Of a DNA stretch of 19,496 bases, positions 7,654 to 16,605 are shown in pieces (the first letter of the stretch is position 1; every line of letters starts with the position of its first letter). Origin of the DNA: a virus (lineage: Duplodnaviria > Heunggongvirae > Uroviricota > Caudoviricetes); IMG/VR virus record IMGVR_UViG_2671181134_000003, one strand, 5' to 3'. The position numbers and the translations under genes are program-made. The notes under the pieces are model-generated. The model was given only the letters and a program-made list of their open reading frames with translations. It had not been told where the DNA came from and did not search any database.

Positions 7654-9622
7654 ATCCTGGTTCAGGATGCAGGCTGGGGGGCCGGGTGACGCGGATATTT
7701 ATATTTATGACGAGATTGGTTTCTGGGGAGTTACCGCGAAGCAGTTTGTCAGCGAACTGAATGCACTGGGTGATATCACCCACATTAATCTCCATATCAA
7801 TTCACCGGGTGGCGATGTCTTTGAAGGCATCGCCATTTTTAATGCCCTGAAAAATCAGGGGGCGACCATTACCGTGTATGTGGATGGCGTTGCCGCCTCG
7901 ATGGCATCTGTGATTGCGATGGCCGGTGATACGGTCATTATGCCGGAAAATGCCTTCATGATGATCCATAAGCCATGGGGATTCAGTGGCGGGGATGCTG
8001 AGGATATGCGCAGTTATGCCGATTTGCTGGATAAAGTCGAATCGGTACTGTTGCCAGCCTATGCGCAGAAAACCGGAAAAACCACCGATGAAATTGCCGC
8101 CATGCTGGCGGATGAAACCTGGATGTCCGGTGCCGAATGTCTGGCACACGGATTTGCTGACCAGGTGACACCCGCTGTTGAGGCAATGGCATGTATTCAG
8201 TCAAAACGTACAGAGGAATTTAAAAAGATGCCGGAATCCATCCGAAACATGATTACTCCGCCACGCAACAGTGCCCCGCGTGATACCACAGTGATAATCC
8301 CTGCACCGGCGGTAACAGAACCATCACCGGTACCGGCAGTGTCTGATGAGGCGACCATTCGCGCCCGCGTTATGGCAGAACAGAAAGCCCGCATGTCAGG
8401 CATTAACGATCTGTTTGCCATGTTCGGCGGTCGCTATCAGACGCTTCAGGCACAGTGCGTGGCTGATCCTGACTGTTCGCTGGAAATGGCCCGTGAACGT
8501 CTGCTGAATGAAATGGGCAAGGAGTCCTCGCCGACCAACAAAAACACACCGGCTCATATTTATGCCGGAAACGGCAATTTTGTGGGAGACGGGATCCGCC
8601 AGGCGATGCTGGCCCGTGCCGGATTTGAAAATGTCGAGAAGGATAACGCCTATAACGGGATGACCCTGCGTGAATGGGCTCGTATGTCACTGACGGAGCG
8701 CGGTATTGGGGTGGCCAGTTATAACCCCATGCAGATGGTCGGGCTGGCGCTGACGCACAGCACCTCTGATTTTGGCAATATCCTGCTGGATGTGTCGAAC
8801 AAGGGGCTGATCCAGGGCTGGGAGGAATCAGAAGAAACCTTCCAGAAGTGGACCCGTAAGGGACGCCTGTCAGACTTCAAAACAGCGTATCGCGTGGGGA
8901 TGGGCGGTTTTGGTTCTCTGCGCCAGGTTCGTGAGGGGGCGGAGTATAAATACATCACCACCTCAGATCGCAAGGAGACCATTGCTCTGGCCACCTACGG
9001 GGAGATTTTCTCCATCACCCGCCAGGCCATTATCAATGATGATCTGAATATGCTGGTGGACGTGCCGATGAAGATGGGGCGTGCGGCGAAGGCAACGATT
9101 GGTGACCTGGTTTACAAGGTGCTGACGGATAACCCGAAACTGTCCGACGGTAAGGCGCTGTTCCATGCCGATCACAAAAATATTGCCACCGGGGGGATCT
9201 CCGTTTCCGGACTGGATGCGGCCCGTCAGATGATGCGCCTGCAGAAAGAAGGCGATCGCGCCCTGAATATCCGTCCGGCCTTTATGCTGGTACCGGTGGC
9301 ACTGGAGACGGTGGCGAACCAGACCATCAAATCGGCCAGTGTGAAAGGGGCGGATGCAAACGCCGGTGTCATTAACCCTATCCAGAACTTTGCTGAGGTG
9401 ATTGCGGAAGCGCGTCTTGATGCGGCAGATCCGAAAACCTGGTATCTGGCGGCGGCACAGGGCACTGACACCATTGAAGTGGCCTGGCTGGATGGTGTGG
9501 ACACGCCATACATTGATCAGCAGGAAGGTTTCACCACTGACGGCATTGCCACAAAAATTCGTATTGATGCCGGTGTGGCACCACTTGACTGGCGCGGTCT
9601 GGTGCGTTCGTCGGTGGCCTGA
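7598..9622 (+). CDS. fused prohead protease (ClpP/S14-like) and major capsid protein
   Basis: N-terminal part has ClpP-like motifs (GVAASMASVIAMAGD with a candidate catalytic Ser; MMIHKPWG with a candidate His). C-terminal about 330 aa occupies the major-capsid position. Start set at GTG 7598 (AAGGAGG at 7586-7592, 5-nt spacer) rather than the ORF-track start 7451, which lies inside the portal gene; ATG 7643 is an alternative. Confidence 0.8.
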   Translation: MPELNDSISATPKASMKNKSWFRMQAGGPGDADIYIYDEIGFWGVTAKQFVSELNALGDITHINLHINSPGGDVFEGIAIFNALKNQGATITVYVDGVAASMASVIAMAGDTVIMPENAFMMIHKPWGFSGGDAEDMRSYADLLDKVESVLLPAYAQKTGKTTDEIAAMLADETWMSGAECLAHGFADQVTPAVEAMACIQSKRTEEFKKMPESIRNMITPPRNSAPRDTTVIIPAPAVTEPSPVPAVSDEATIRARVMAEQKARMSGINDLFAMFGGRYQTLQAQCVADPDCSLEMARERLLNEMGKESSPTNKNTPAHIYAGNGNFVGDGIRQAMLARAGFENVEKDNAYNGMTLREWARMSLTERGIGVASYNPMQMVGLALTHSTSDFGNILLDVSNKGLIQGWEESEETFQKWTRKGRLSDFKTAYRVGMGGFGSLRQVREGAEYKYITTSDRKETIALATYGEIFSITRQAIINDDLNMLVDVPMKMGRAAKATIGDLVYKVLTDNPKLSDGKALFHADHKNIATGGISVSGLDAARQMMRLQKEGDRALNIRPAFMLVPVALETVANQTIKSASVKGADANAGVINPIQNFAEVIAEARLDAADPKTWYLAAAQGTDTIEVAWLDGVDTPYIDQQEGFTTDGIATKIRIDAGVAPLDWRGLVRSSVA

Positions 9623-9644
9623 TAACCGCGTTATCACAATCACT

Positions 9645-9663
9645 GCCCGAAAGGGCTTTTTTT
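9645..9663 (+). terminator. weak intrinsic terminator/attenuator after the capsid gene
   Basis: GCCC-GAAA-GGGC (4-bp stem, GNRA-type loop) at 9645-9656 followed by seven T (9657-9663), 23 nt after the capsid stop. The short stem suggests partial termination. Confidence 0.35.
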
Positions 9664-9709
9664 ATGCCTGAAAAACAGCCCCACAGGGGCTGTCCGGAGA
9701 AACAGCATT

Positions 9710-10036
9710 ATGGCGAAAAATTTTGTACAGGACGGCACCACCATTGAACTGGTGAATGCCGGAGATCAGACCATCCTGAGCGGTGCTGCGGTGGTGGTCG
9801 GCAGTATGGTGGCAGTGGCCATTACCGATATTCCTGCCGGTGATGCCGGTGACGGTTTTGCCGAAGGCGTGTTCCTGCTGCCCAAACAGTCTGCTGACGA
9901 TATTCAGTCCGGCGCGGTGGTTTATCTGAAGGACGGGGTTGTGCAGCTGGCTGCAGACGGTGCGGTGGCTGCGGGGGTAGCCTGGGAAAATGCCCCTGCA
10001 AACAGCGCCACTGTGGCGGTAAAAATCAATGTCTGA
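9710..10036 (+). CDS. small head protein (possible decoration/cement protein, DUF2190-like), Gly/Ala/Val-rich
   Basis: 108-aa ORF directly downstream of the capsid gene with GGAGA upstream of ATG 9710. Gly/Ala/Val-rich composition. Function assigned by position only. Confidence 0.6.
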   Translation: MAKNFVQDGTTIELVNAGDQTILSGAAVVVGSMVAVAITDIPAGDAGDGFAEGVFLLPKQSADDIQSGAVVYLKDGVVQLAADGAVAAGVAWENAPANSATVAVKINV

Positions 10037-10310
10037 TCTGTTTACGCGAATGTGTTGCCGGATGGACGGGGCGACCGTTCGTGTGATGGGCAAACAGGCG
10101 GAGATTAACGGCGTAGTGTATGACGTGATGCCGGAGGAAGAGTCCGCGGATATGGGGGCGCTTTCGGGCAGCCAGTTGTCACTGGTGGTGTTTTCAGCCC
10201 GGTACCGTCCGGCCCGTCATGATGTTGTTGTGTTTGCGGGGCGCACACTGACGGTGACCCGTTATGACACGTACAACGGTAAACCCCGGATTTTTGTTGA
10301 ACAGGAATGA
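10029..10310 (+). CDS. putative head completion / head-tail connector protein (FII-like position)
   Basis: 93-aa ORF whose ATG 10029 overlaps the preceding stop (10034-10036). Lies between the head genes and the Z homolog. Function inferred from synteny only. Confidence 0.55.
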   Translation: MSDLFTRMCCRMDGATVRVMGKQAEINGVVYDVMPEEESADMGALSGSQLSLVVFSARYRPARHDVVVFAGRTLTVTRYDTYNGKPRIFVEQE

Positions 10311-10936
10311 GTATGGCAATAAAAGGTCTGGCGCAGGCCATGAAAAATCTGGATGCAATTGACAGCCGTGCCGTTCCCCGGGCTGCCGCCACGACACTTA
10401 ACCGTGTGGCGGAGTCCATCATCGCGAAAACGGCCTCTTCGGTTGCCAGGGAGTTGGCGGTTCCGCGCCGTCTCATCCGTGAGCGTATCCGCCTGCAACG
10501 GGCCAGCGCAGACAGGGTTTATGCGAAGGTCATCATCAACACCGGTAATCTGCCCGCCATAAAACTGGGGACGGCCAGCGTGCGGCTTTCCCGCAGAAAG
10601 CGACGAAAGAAAGGCGAGCGTTCGGTCACGAAAGGCGGTGGCAGTGTGCTGATTGTGGGGAAAAGACGGATCCCGGATGCCTTTATCACCCGGCTGGCTA
10701 ACGGACGCTGGCATGTGATGCAGCGTATGCCGTGGGCATCATCGTCCACCGGCGCTGACAGCAAAGGGAGGCCGAAACGCCACCGTCTGCCGATCGAAGT
10801 GGTGAAGATTCCGACTGCCGGACCGCTGGCAGAAACCTTTGAACGTGAACGGGACCGGATGTACCGGGAAAAATTACCGGCGCAGATGATGAAAGCCATG
10901 ACGCATCAGTTACGTCTGGTGCTGAAAAGAAAATGA
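10307..10936 (+). CDS. Z: tail completion protein Z (lambda gpZ-like)
   Basis: MAIKGLAQAMKNLD...VPRAAATTLNRVA...GGGSVLIVGKRRIPDAFITRLANGRWHVMQR aligns along its length to lambda gpZ (MAIKGLEQAVENL...GGGSVLVVGNRRIPGAFIQQLKNGRWHVMQR). ATG 10307 overlaps the upstream stop (ATGA); ATG 10313 is the lambda-like start. Confidence 0.92.
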   Translation: MSMAIKGLAQAMKNLDAIDSRAVPRAAATTLNRVAESIIAKTASSVARELAVPRRLIRERIRLQRASADRVYAKVIINTGNLPAIKLGTASVRLSRRKRRKKGERSVTKGGGSVLIVGKRRIPDAFITRLANGRWHVMQRMPWASSSTGADSKGRPKRHRLPIEVVKIPTAGPLAETFERERDRMYREKLPAQMMKAMTHQLRLVLKRK

Positions 10937-10948
10937 CCGGGAGGGTGT

Positions 10949-11347
10949 ATGAAACACCGTGAAATACGGGCGGCAGTTCTGTCTGCCCTGAAAGAAAATA
11001 TTTCTGAGAGGGTGAGCTGGTTTGACGGTCGCCCGGTTTTTATTGATGAACAGGAACTGCCTGCTGTTGCTGTTTACCTGACAGATGCGTCTGCTGCTGA
11101 CGAGTTCGTTGATGAGGGAACCTGGGAGGCGACACTGCATATTGAAGTTTTTCTCAGGGCAAAAGAACCGGACTCGGTACTGGATATGTGGATGGAAGAG
11201 AAAATTCTTCCTGCGCTGGAGGCGGTTCCCGGCCTCAGTGCGTTACTGCTGAAGATGAATCTTCAGGGGTATGACTACCGCCGGGATGATGAGTTTATGA
11301 TGTGGGGATCGGCAGATCTCCTGTGGAAAATTACCTACGAGATGTGA
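10949..11347 (+). CDS. U: tail terminator protein U (lambda gpU-like)
   Basis: N-terminus [17 protein letters not shown] and C-terminus [10 protein letters not shown]...ITYEM match lambda gpU (MKHTELRAAVLDALEKH...YDYRRDD...ITYEM). SD GGGAGGG upstream of ATG 10949. Confidence 0.92.
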   Translation: MKHREIRAAVLSALKENISERVSWFDGRPVFIDEQELPAVAVYLTDASAADEFVDEGTWEATLHIEVFLRAKEPDSVLDMWMEEKILPALEAVPGLSALLLKMNLQGYDYRRDDEFMMWGSADLLWKITYEM

Positions 11348-11354
11348 GGACGAT

Positions 11355-12104
11355 ATGGCAACACCAAATCCTCTTGAGCCGGTGAAAGGTTCCGGTACCA
11401 CACTGTGGGTGTACACCGGCACTGGTGATGCTTATGCAAACCCGTTGTCAGACGATGACTGGCAGCGACTGGCGAAGGTGAAGGATCTGACCCCCGGCGA
11501 GATGACGGCGGAATCCTACGATGATAACTATCTGGATGATGAGGATGCTGACTGGGTATCCACCGGTCAGGGGCAGAAATCTGCCGGTGACACCAGTTTT
11601 ACGCTGGCCTGGAAGCCGGGCGAGAAAGGGCAGCGCGATTTGATTGCCTGGTTTGACAGCAGTGAGACCCGGGCCTACAAAATCCGCTTCCCGAACGGTA
11701 CGGTGGATGTGTTCCGTGGCTGGGTGAGCGCCATTGGTAAAGCGGTGACCGCCAAAGAGGTGATCACCCGTACGGTAAAAATCACCAATATCGGTCGTCC
11801 GTCGCTGGCGGAAGATCAGGGGGACATCACACCGGTCACCGGTATTACCGTGACGCCACCAACGGGCAATGTGGCAAAAGGTCAGAATATCACCCTGACC
11901 GTGGCTGTTCAGCCGGAAGGGGCGACGGATAAAACCTTCCGTGCCACGTCGGCAAATCAGAATTTTGCGACCATTACCGTGAAAGGGAACACGATCACCG
12001 TGAAAGGTGTTGCGGCAGGTAAAGCGCAGATCCCTGTTGTCACCGGCAATGGTGAGTTTGCGGCGGTGGCGGAGATCAACGTCACGGATGGCGCTGCGGG
12101 CTGA
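11355..12104 (+). CDS. V: major tail protein V (lambda gpV-like) with C-terminal Ig-like domain
   Basis: Long conserved blocks match lambda gpV ([51 protein letters not shown]...[34 protein letters not shown]). C-terminal region has a Big_2-like repeat pattern. Confidence 0.95.
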   Translation: MATPNPLEPVKGSGTTLWVYTGTGDAYANPLSDDDWQRLAKVKDLTPGEMTAESYDDNYLDDEDADWVSTGQGQKSAGDTSFTLAWKPGEKGQRDLIAWFDSSETRAYKIRFPNGTVDVFRGWVSAIGKAVTAKEVITRTVKITNIGRPSLAEDQGDITPVTGITVTPPTGNVAKGQNITLTVAVQPEGATDKTFRATSANQNFATITVKGNTITVKGVAAGKAQIPVVTGNGEFAAVAEINVTDGAAG

Positions 12105-12119
12105 GGGGGGAGATAAAGC

Positions 12120-12551
12120 ATGTTTCTGAAAACAGAACAATTTGAATATAACGGTGTGTCCGTCACGCTTTCTGAGCTGTCTGCGCTGCAGCGTATTGAG
12201 CATCTTGCCCTCCTGAAACGGCGGGCAGAAGAGGCTGAAGTCAGCGGTAACCTGCAGGTGAGCGTGGAGGACCTTGTCAGAACCGGGGCGTTTCTGGTGG
12301 CGATGTCCCTGTGGCATAACCATCCACAGAAAACGGCGTCACCGTCAATGAATGAGGCCGTGATGAAGATAGAGCAGGAAGTGCTCACCACCTGGCCTGC
12401 CGATGCCATTGCCCGGGCGGAAGACGTTGTGTTGTGCCTGTCCGGGATGATCGAAGCAGTTCGTCCGGATACTGATATTACTGAAGTGGCGAAAAATAAC
12501 GCGCTGACTGATGATGATTTTTCTGCGGGAAAGTCTTCGACGGCGAGCTGA
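12120..12551 (+). CDS. G: tail assembly chaperone G (lambda gpG-like)
   Basis: MFLKTEQFEYNGVSVTLSELSALQRIEHLALLKR...GAFLVAMSLWHNHPQKT is near-identical to lambda gpG. Ends at TGA 12549-12551. Contains the slippery heptamer near its 3' end. Confidence 0.92.
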   Translation: MFLKTEQFEYNGVSVTLSELSALQRIEHLALLKRRAEEAEVSGNLQVSVEDLVRTGAFLVAMSLWHNHPQKTASPSMNEAVMKIEQEVLTTWPADAIARAEDVVLCLSGMIEAVRPDTDITEVAKNNALTDDDFSAGKSSTAS

Positions 12552-12982
12552 ACTTTGCCCTCAGACTGGCGCGTGAGATGGGGAGACCCGACTGGCGCGC
12601 CATGCTTGCCGGGATGACATCCACCGAATATGCCGACTGGCACCGTTTTTACCGCACGCATTATTTTCACGATACCCAGCTGGATATGCATTTTTCCGGG
12701 CTGACGTACGCCGTACTCAGCCTTTTTTTTTGCGATCCGGATATGCATCCCTCGGATTTCAGTCTGCTTGTCCCCCGGCGTGAGGAAGCGCAGACGGAGA
12801 GGCCGGATGAGGACGATATGCTGATGCGGAAAGCGGCAGGACTTTCTGGTGGTGTCCGCTTTGGGGCTGACGGGAAGGAAATCGTTACGGTCAGTGATGA
12901 CATGCGGAGCAGCACAGAGGATGAAGCCATGCTGATGATGGTGTCTGAGGGAATTGCAGGAGGTGTACGCTATGGCGGGTAA
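12120..12982 (+). CDS. T: tail assembly protein G-T fusion produced by -1 frameshift at 12527-12533 (T-frame part ends at TAA 12980-12982)
   Basis: The -1 frame ORF (track 12578..12982, open upstream to the slippery site) encodes a lambda gpT-like sequence (MGRPDWRAMLAGMTSTEYADWHRFYRTHYFHD...SEGIAGGVRYG). It has no independent SD or start, as expected for a frameshift product. Confidence 0.8.
12527..12533 (+). other. programmed -1 ribosomal frameshift slippery site G GGA AAG (G to G-T)
   Basis: GGGAAAG at 12527-12533 sits in the X XXY YYZ register of the G frame (codons GGA 12528-12530, AAG 12531-12533). The -1 frame is open from there and encodes ...LNFALRLAREMGRPDWRAMLAGM..., matching lambda gpT. 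Confidence 0.8.
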
Positions 12983-15581
12983 TTTTGCCGATCTGACAGC
13001 TGTTCTTACACTGGATTCAACCCGTTTTTCTGAAGAGGCTGCACGGGTAAAGAAAGAACTGGGTGAAACCAGTGACCTTGCGGATTTGATGGCCGGGCGT
13101 GTCAGCCAGTCTTTTAAGAAACAGGCCGCTGCCGTTGAACAGGGGCTGAGCCGTCAGGCGCTGGCTGCACAAAAAGCCGGGATTTCCGTCGGGCAGTATA
13201 AAGCGGCCATGCGAACCCTGCCCGCACAGTTTACGGATATCGCCACGCAGCTTGCCGGTGGTCAGAATCCCTGGCTCATCCTGCTGCAACAGGGCGGTCA
13301 GGTGAAGGACTCATTCGGCGGGATGCTCCCCATGTTCCGGGGGCTTGCCGGTGCGATCAGCCTGCCGATGGTCGGGGTCACCTCGCTGGCGGTGGCGACC
13401 GGTGCGCTGGCGTACGCCTGGTACCAGGGGGATTCCACGCTTTCAGCGTTTAATAAAACCCTGGTTCTTTCCGGTAATCAGTCAGGACTGACGGCAGAGC
13501 GCATGCTGACGCTCTCCAGAGCCGGGCAGGCGGCAGGGCTGACGTTTAACCAGGCGGGAGAGTCACTGGCAGCCCTGGTCAGTGCCGGTGTGCGTGGTGG
13601 TGAACAGTTTGATGCCATTAACCAGAGTGTGGCGCGTTTTGCGTCTGCCTCCGGTGTGGAGGTGGACAAGGTTGCAGAGGCTTTCGGAAAACTGACCACC
13701 GACCCGACGTCGGGGCTGACTGCGATGGCACGCCAGTTCCGCAACGTGACGGCAGAGCAGATTGCGTATGTTGCTCAGCTGCAGCGTTCCGGAGACGAGG
13801 CCGGTGCCTTACAGGCGGCGAACGATGCTGCCACGAAAGGCTTTGATGAGCAGACCCGTCGCCTGAAAGAGAACATGGGGACGCTGGAAACCTGGGCGGA
13901 TAAAACAGGGAAGGCGTTCAAATCGATGTGGGATGCCATTCTGGATATCGGTCGTCCGGAATCTTCTGCGGACATGCTCGCCAGTGCGCAGAAGGCATTT
14001 GATGAAGCGGATAAGAAATGGCAGTGGTACCAGAGCCGGAGCCAGCGCCGCGGTAAAACCTCCTCTTTCCGGGCCAACCTTCAGGGTGCATGGGATGACC
14101 GGGAAAATGCCCGTCTGGGGCTGGCGGCGGCAACGCTGCAGTCGGATATGGAAAAAGCCGGTGAACTGGCGGCAAGGGACAGGGCTGAGCGTGAGGCGTC
14201 ACAGCTGAAGTATACCGGAGAGGCGCAGAAAGCGTATGAACGCCTGCTGTCGCCGCTGGAGAAATATACCGCCCGTCAGGAAGAACTGAACAGGGCTCTG
14301 AGAGACGGGAAAATCCTGCAGGCGGATTACAACACGCTGATGGCGTCGGCGAAAAAGGATTATGAATCGACGCTGAAAAAGCCGTCCGGTGTGAAGGTGT
14401 CTGCCGGTGAGCGTCAGGAAGACCGGGCGCATGCAGCCCTGCTGGCGCTTGAAACCGAGCTCCGGACGCTGGAGAAGCACAGCGGTGCGAATGAGAAAAT
14501 CAGCCAGCAGCGCCGTGATTTATGGAAGGCGGAAAGTCAGTATGCGGTCCTGAAAGAGGCCGCTACGAAACGACAGTTATCCGGGCAGGAAAAATCCCTG
14601 CTGGCCCATGAGAAAGAGACGCTGGAGTACAAACGCCAGCTGGCTGAGCTGGGTGACAAGGTTGAATACCAGAAACGGCTGAATGAGCTGGCACAGCAGG
14701 CGGTGCGGTTTGAAGAGCAACAGAGCGCGAAGCAGGCCGCCATCAGCGCAAAAGCCCGTGGTCTCACTGACCGTCAGGCGCAGAGGGAGTCTGAAGCGCA
14801 GCGTCTTCGTGACGTGTATGGCGATAATCCGCAGGCGCTGGCCCGGGTCACCGGGGCACTGAAACAGACATGGGCGGATGAAGACATGCTGCGCGGTGAC
14901 TGGCTGGCCGGGCTGAAGTCCGGCTGGGGCGAGTGGGCGGAAAGTGCGACGGACAGTTTTTCGCAGGTGAAAAGTGCTGCCACGCAGACCTTTGATGGTA
15001 TTGCACAGAATATGGCGGCGATGCTGACCGGTGCAGAGGCAGACTGGCTGGGGTTCACCCGTTCGGTGCTGTCCATGATGACAGAAATCCTGCTTAAACA
15101 GGCCATGGTGGGCATTGTCGGGCGTATCGGCAGCGCCATCGGGGGAGCCATTGGTGGTGCTGGCGCATCCGCTTCCACGGGGACAGCCATTCAGGCTGCG
15201 GCAGCGAACTTTCATTTTGCGACCGGCGGATTTACGGGCACGGGCGGCAAATATGAGCCTGCGGGGATAGTTCACCGCGGGGAGTTTGTCTTCACGAAGG
15301 AGGCAACCAGCCGGATAGGTGTGGGGAATCTTTACCGCCTGATGCGCGGCTATGCGGAAGGGGGTTATGTGGGGGGGGCCGGAAGTCCGGCGCAGATGCG
15401 GCGGGCGGAAGGTATTAATTTTAATCAGAACAATCACGTGGTGATTCAGAACGACGGTATCAACGGACAGGCGGGGCCGCAGCTGATGAAGGCGGTGTAT
15501 GACATGGCCCGCAAGGGGGCGCAGGATGAGCTCCGGCTGCAGTTGCGTGATGGCGGTATGTTATCAGGGAGCGGGCGATGA
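12972..15581 (+). CDS. H: tail tape measure protein H (lambda gpH-like)
   Basis: About 870 aa with extensive identity to lambda gpH (QALAAQKAGISVGQYKAAMRTLPAQFTDIATQLAGGQNPWLILLQQGGQVKDSFGGM... and C-terminal FHFATGGFTGTGGKYEPAGIVHRGEFVFTKEATSRIGVGNLYRLMRGYA). Start ATG 12972 with GGAGG at 12959-12963, not the track's 12954. Confidence 0.95.
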   Translation: MAGNFADLTAVLTLDSTRFSEEAARVKKELGETSDLADLMAGRVSQSFKKQAAAVEQGLSRQALAAQKAGISVGQYKAAMRTLPAQFTDIATQLAGGQNPWLILLQQGGQVKDSFGGMLPMFRGLAGAISLPMVGVTSLAVATGALAYAWYQGDSTLSAFNKTLVLSGNQSGLTAERMLTLSRAGQAAGLTFNQAGESLAALVSAGVRGGEQFDAINQSVARFASASGVEVDKVAEAFGKLTTDPTSGLTAMARQFRNVTAEQIAYVAQLQRSGDEAGALQAANDAATKGFDEQTRRLKENMGTLETWADKTGKAFKSMWDAILDIGRPESSADMLASAQKAFDEADKKWQWYQSRSQRRGKTSSFRANLQGAWDDRENARLGLAAATLQSDMEKAGELAARDRAEREASQLKYTGEAQKAYERLLSPLEKYTARQEELNRALRDGKILQADYNTLMASAKKDYESTLKKPSGVKVSAGERQEDRAHAALLALETELRTLEKHSGANEKISQQRRDLWKAESQYAVLKEAATKRQLSGQEKSLLAHEKETLEYKRQLAELGDKVEYQKRLNELAQQAVRFEEQQSAKQAAISAKARGLTDRQAQRESEAQRLRDVYGDNPQALARVTGALKQTWADEDMLRGDWLAGLKSGWGEWAESATDSFSQVKSAATQTFDGIAQNMAAMLTGAEADWLGFTRSVLSMMTEILLKQAMVGIVGRIGSAIGGAIGGAGASASTGTAIQAAAANFHFATGGFTGTGGKYEPAGIVHRGEFVFTKEATSRIGVGNLYRLMRGYAEGGYVGGAGSPAQMRRAEGINFNQNNHVVIQNDGINGQAGPQLMKAVYDMARKGAQDELRLQLRDGGMLSGSGR

Positions 15582-15907
15582 AAACCTTTCGCTGGAAAGT
15601 GAAGCCGGATATGGAGGTGAACTCGCAGCCATCGGTGCGTGAAGTGCGTTTTGGTGACGGGTACTCACAGCGTATGGCGGCAGGGCTGAATGCTGACCTG
15701 AAAACATACCGGGTGATGCTTTCCGTGACCCGGGAGGAGGCCCGTCATCTGGAAGCGTTCCTGGCAGAGCACGGTGGCTGGAAGGCATTTTTGTGGAAGC
15801 CACCCTATGCATACCGGCAGATAAAGGTGACCTGTGCCGGGTGGTCTGCGCGGGTCGGGATGTTGCGCGTTGAGTTCAGCGCGGAGTTTAAGCAGGTGGT
15901 GAACTGA
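15578..15907 (+). CDS. M: minor tail protein M (lambda gpM-like)
   Basis: MKTFRWKVKPDMEVNSQPSVREVRFGDGYSQR...EFSAEFKQVVN is near-identical to lambda gpM. ATG overlaps the H stop (ATGA at 15578-15581). Confidence 0.93.
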   Translation: MKTFRWKVKPDMEVNSQPSVREVRFGDGYSQRMAAGLNADLKTYRVMLSVTREEARHLEAFLAEHGGWKAFLWKPPYAYRQIKVTCAGWSARVGMLRVEFSAEFKQVVN

Positions 15908-16605
15908 TGCAGGATATTCACGAAGAAAGCCTGAACGAGTCGGTTAAGTCAGAGCAGTCACCGCGGGTGGTGCTCTGGGAAATCGACCTGACGGCGCAGG
16001 GCGGTGAGCGGTATTTTTTCTGCAATGAGCTGAATGAAAAAGGGGAGCCGGTGACCTGGCAGGGGCGTGAATATCAGGCGTACCCGATTGAGGGCAGCGG
16101 CTTTGAGATGAACGGAAAGGGCAGCAGTGCCCGCCCGTCGCTGACGGTGTCCAATCTGTTTGGCCTTGTCACCGGGATGGCGGAGGATTTGCAGAGTCTG
16201 GTGGGTGCCACGGTGGTCCGTCGCCGGGTGTATGCGCGTTTTCTGGATGCGGTGAACTTTGTGGCAGGCAATCCTGAGGCAGACCCGGAGCAGGAGCTGA
16301 CGGACCGGTGGGTGGTGGAGCAGATGTCAGCGCTGACGTCCATGACGGCCTCGTTTGTGCTGGCGACACCGACGGAGACGGACGGTGCGCTGTTTCCCGG
16401 TCGCATCATGCTGGCGAACACCTGTATGTGGGATTACCGCTCTGATGAGTGTGGTTACACGGGCGGGGCAGTGGCGGATGAGTTCGACAACCCCACCACG
16501 GATATCCGGAAGGACAGATGCAGTAAATGCATGCGCGGGTGTGAGATGCGCGGCATGGCGGTCAATTTTGGCGGTTTCCTTTCCATTAATAAACTTTCGC
16601 AGTAA
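15907..16605 (+). CDS. L: minor tail protein L (lambda gpL-like)
   Basis: MQDIHEESLNE...VVLWEIDLTAQGGERYFFCNELNEKGEPVTWQGREYQAYPIEGSGFEMNGKG...NFGGFLSINKLSQ matches lambda gpL. Start overlaps the M stop (TGATG). Confidence 0.93.
   Translation: MQDIHEESLNESVKSEQSPRVVLWEIDLTAQGGERYFFCNELNEKGEPVTWQGREYQAYPIEGSGFEMNGKGSSARPSLTVSNLFGLVTGMAEDLQSLVGATVVRRRVYARFLDAVNFVAGNPEADPEQELTDRWVVEQMSALTSMTASFVLATPTETDGALFPGRIMLANTCMWDYRSDECGYTGGAVADEFDNPTTDIRKDRCSKCMRGCEMRGMAVNFGGFLSINKLSQ

Noticed and set aside
11448-12748. Long - strand ORFs (11448..12323, 291 aa; 11957..12748, 263 aa) antisense to V, G and T
   Set aside because: They lie entirely within strongly supported, lambda-homologous + strand genes in GC-rich DNA. 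Such antisense ORFs are common shadow ORFs, and they have no SD-supported start or recognisable product.
14577-15437. Long - strand ORFs inside the tape measure gene (14577..15437, 286 aa; 14774..15190, 138 aa), plus several + strand out-of-frame ORFs within H
   Set aside because: They fall inside the near-full-length gpH homolog. Their composition is Arg/Pro/Ala-rich and low-complexity, typical of off-frame readings of GC-rich coding sequence.
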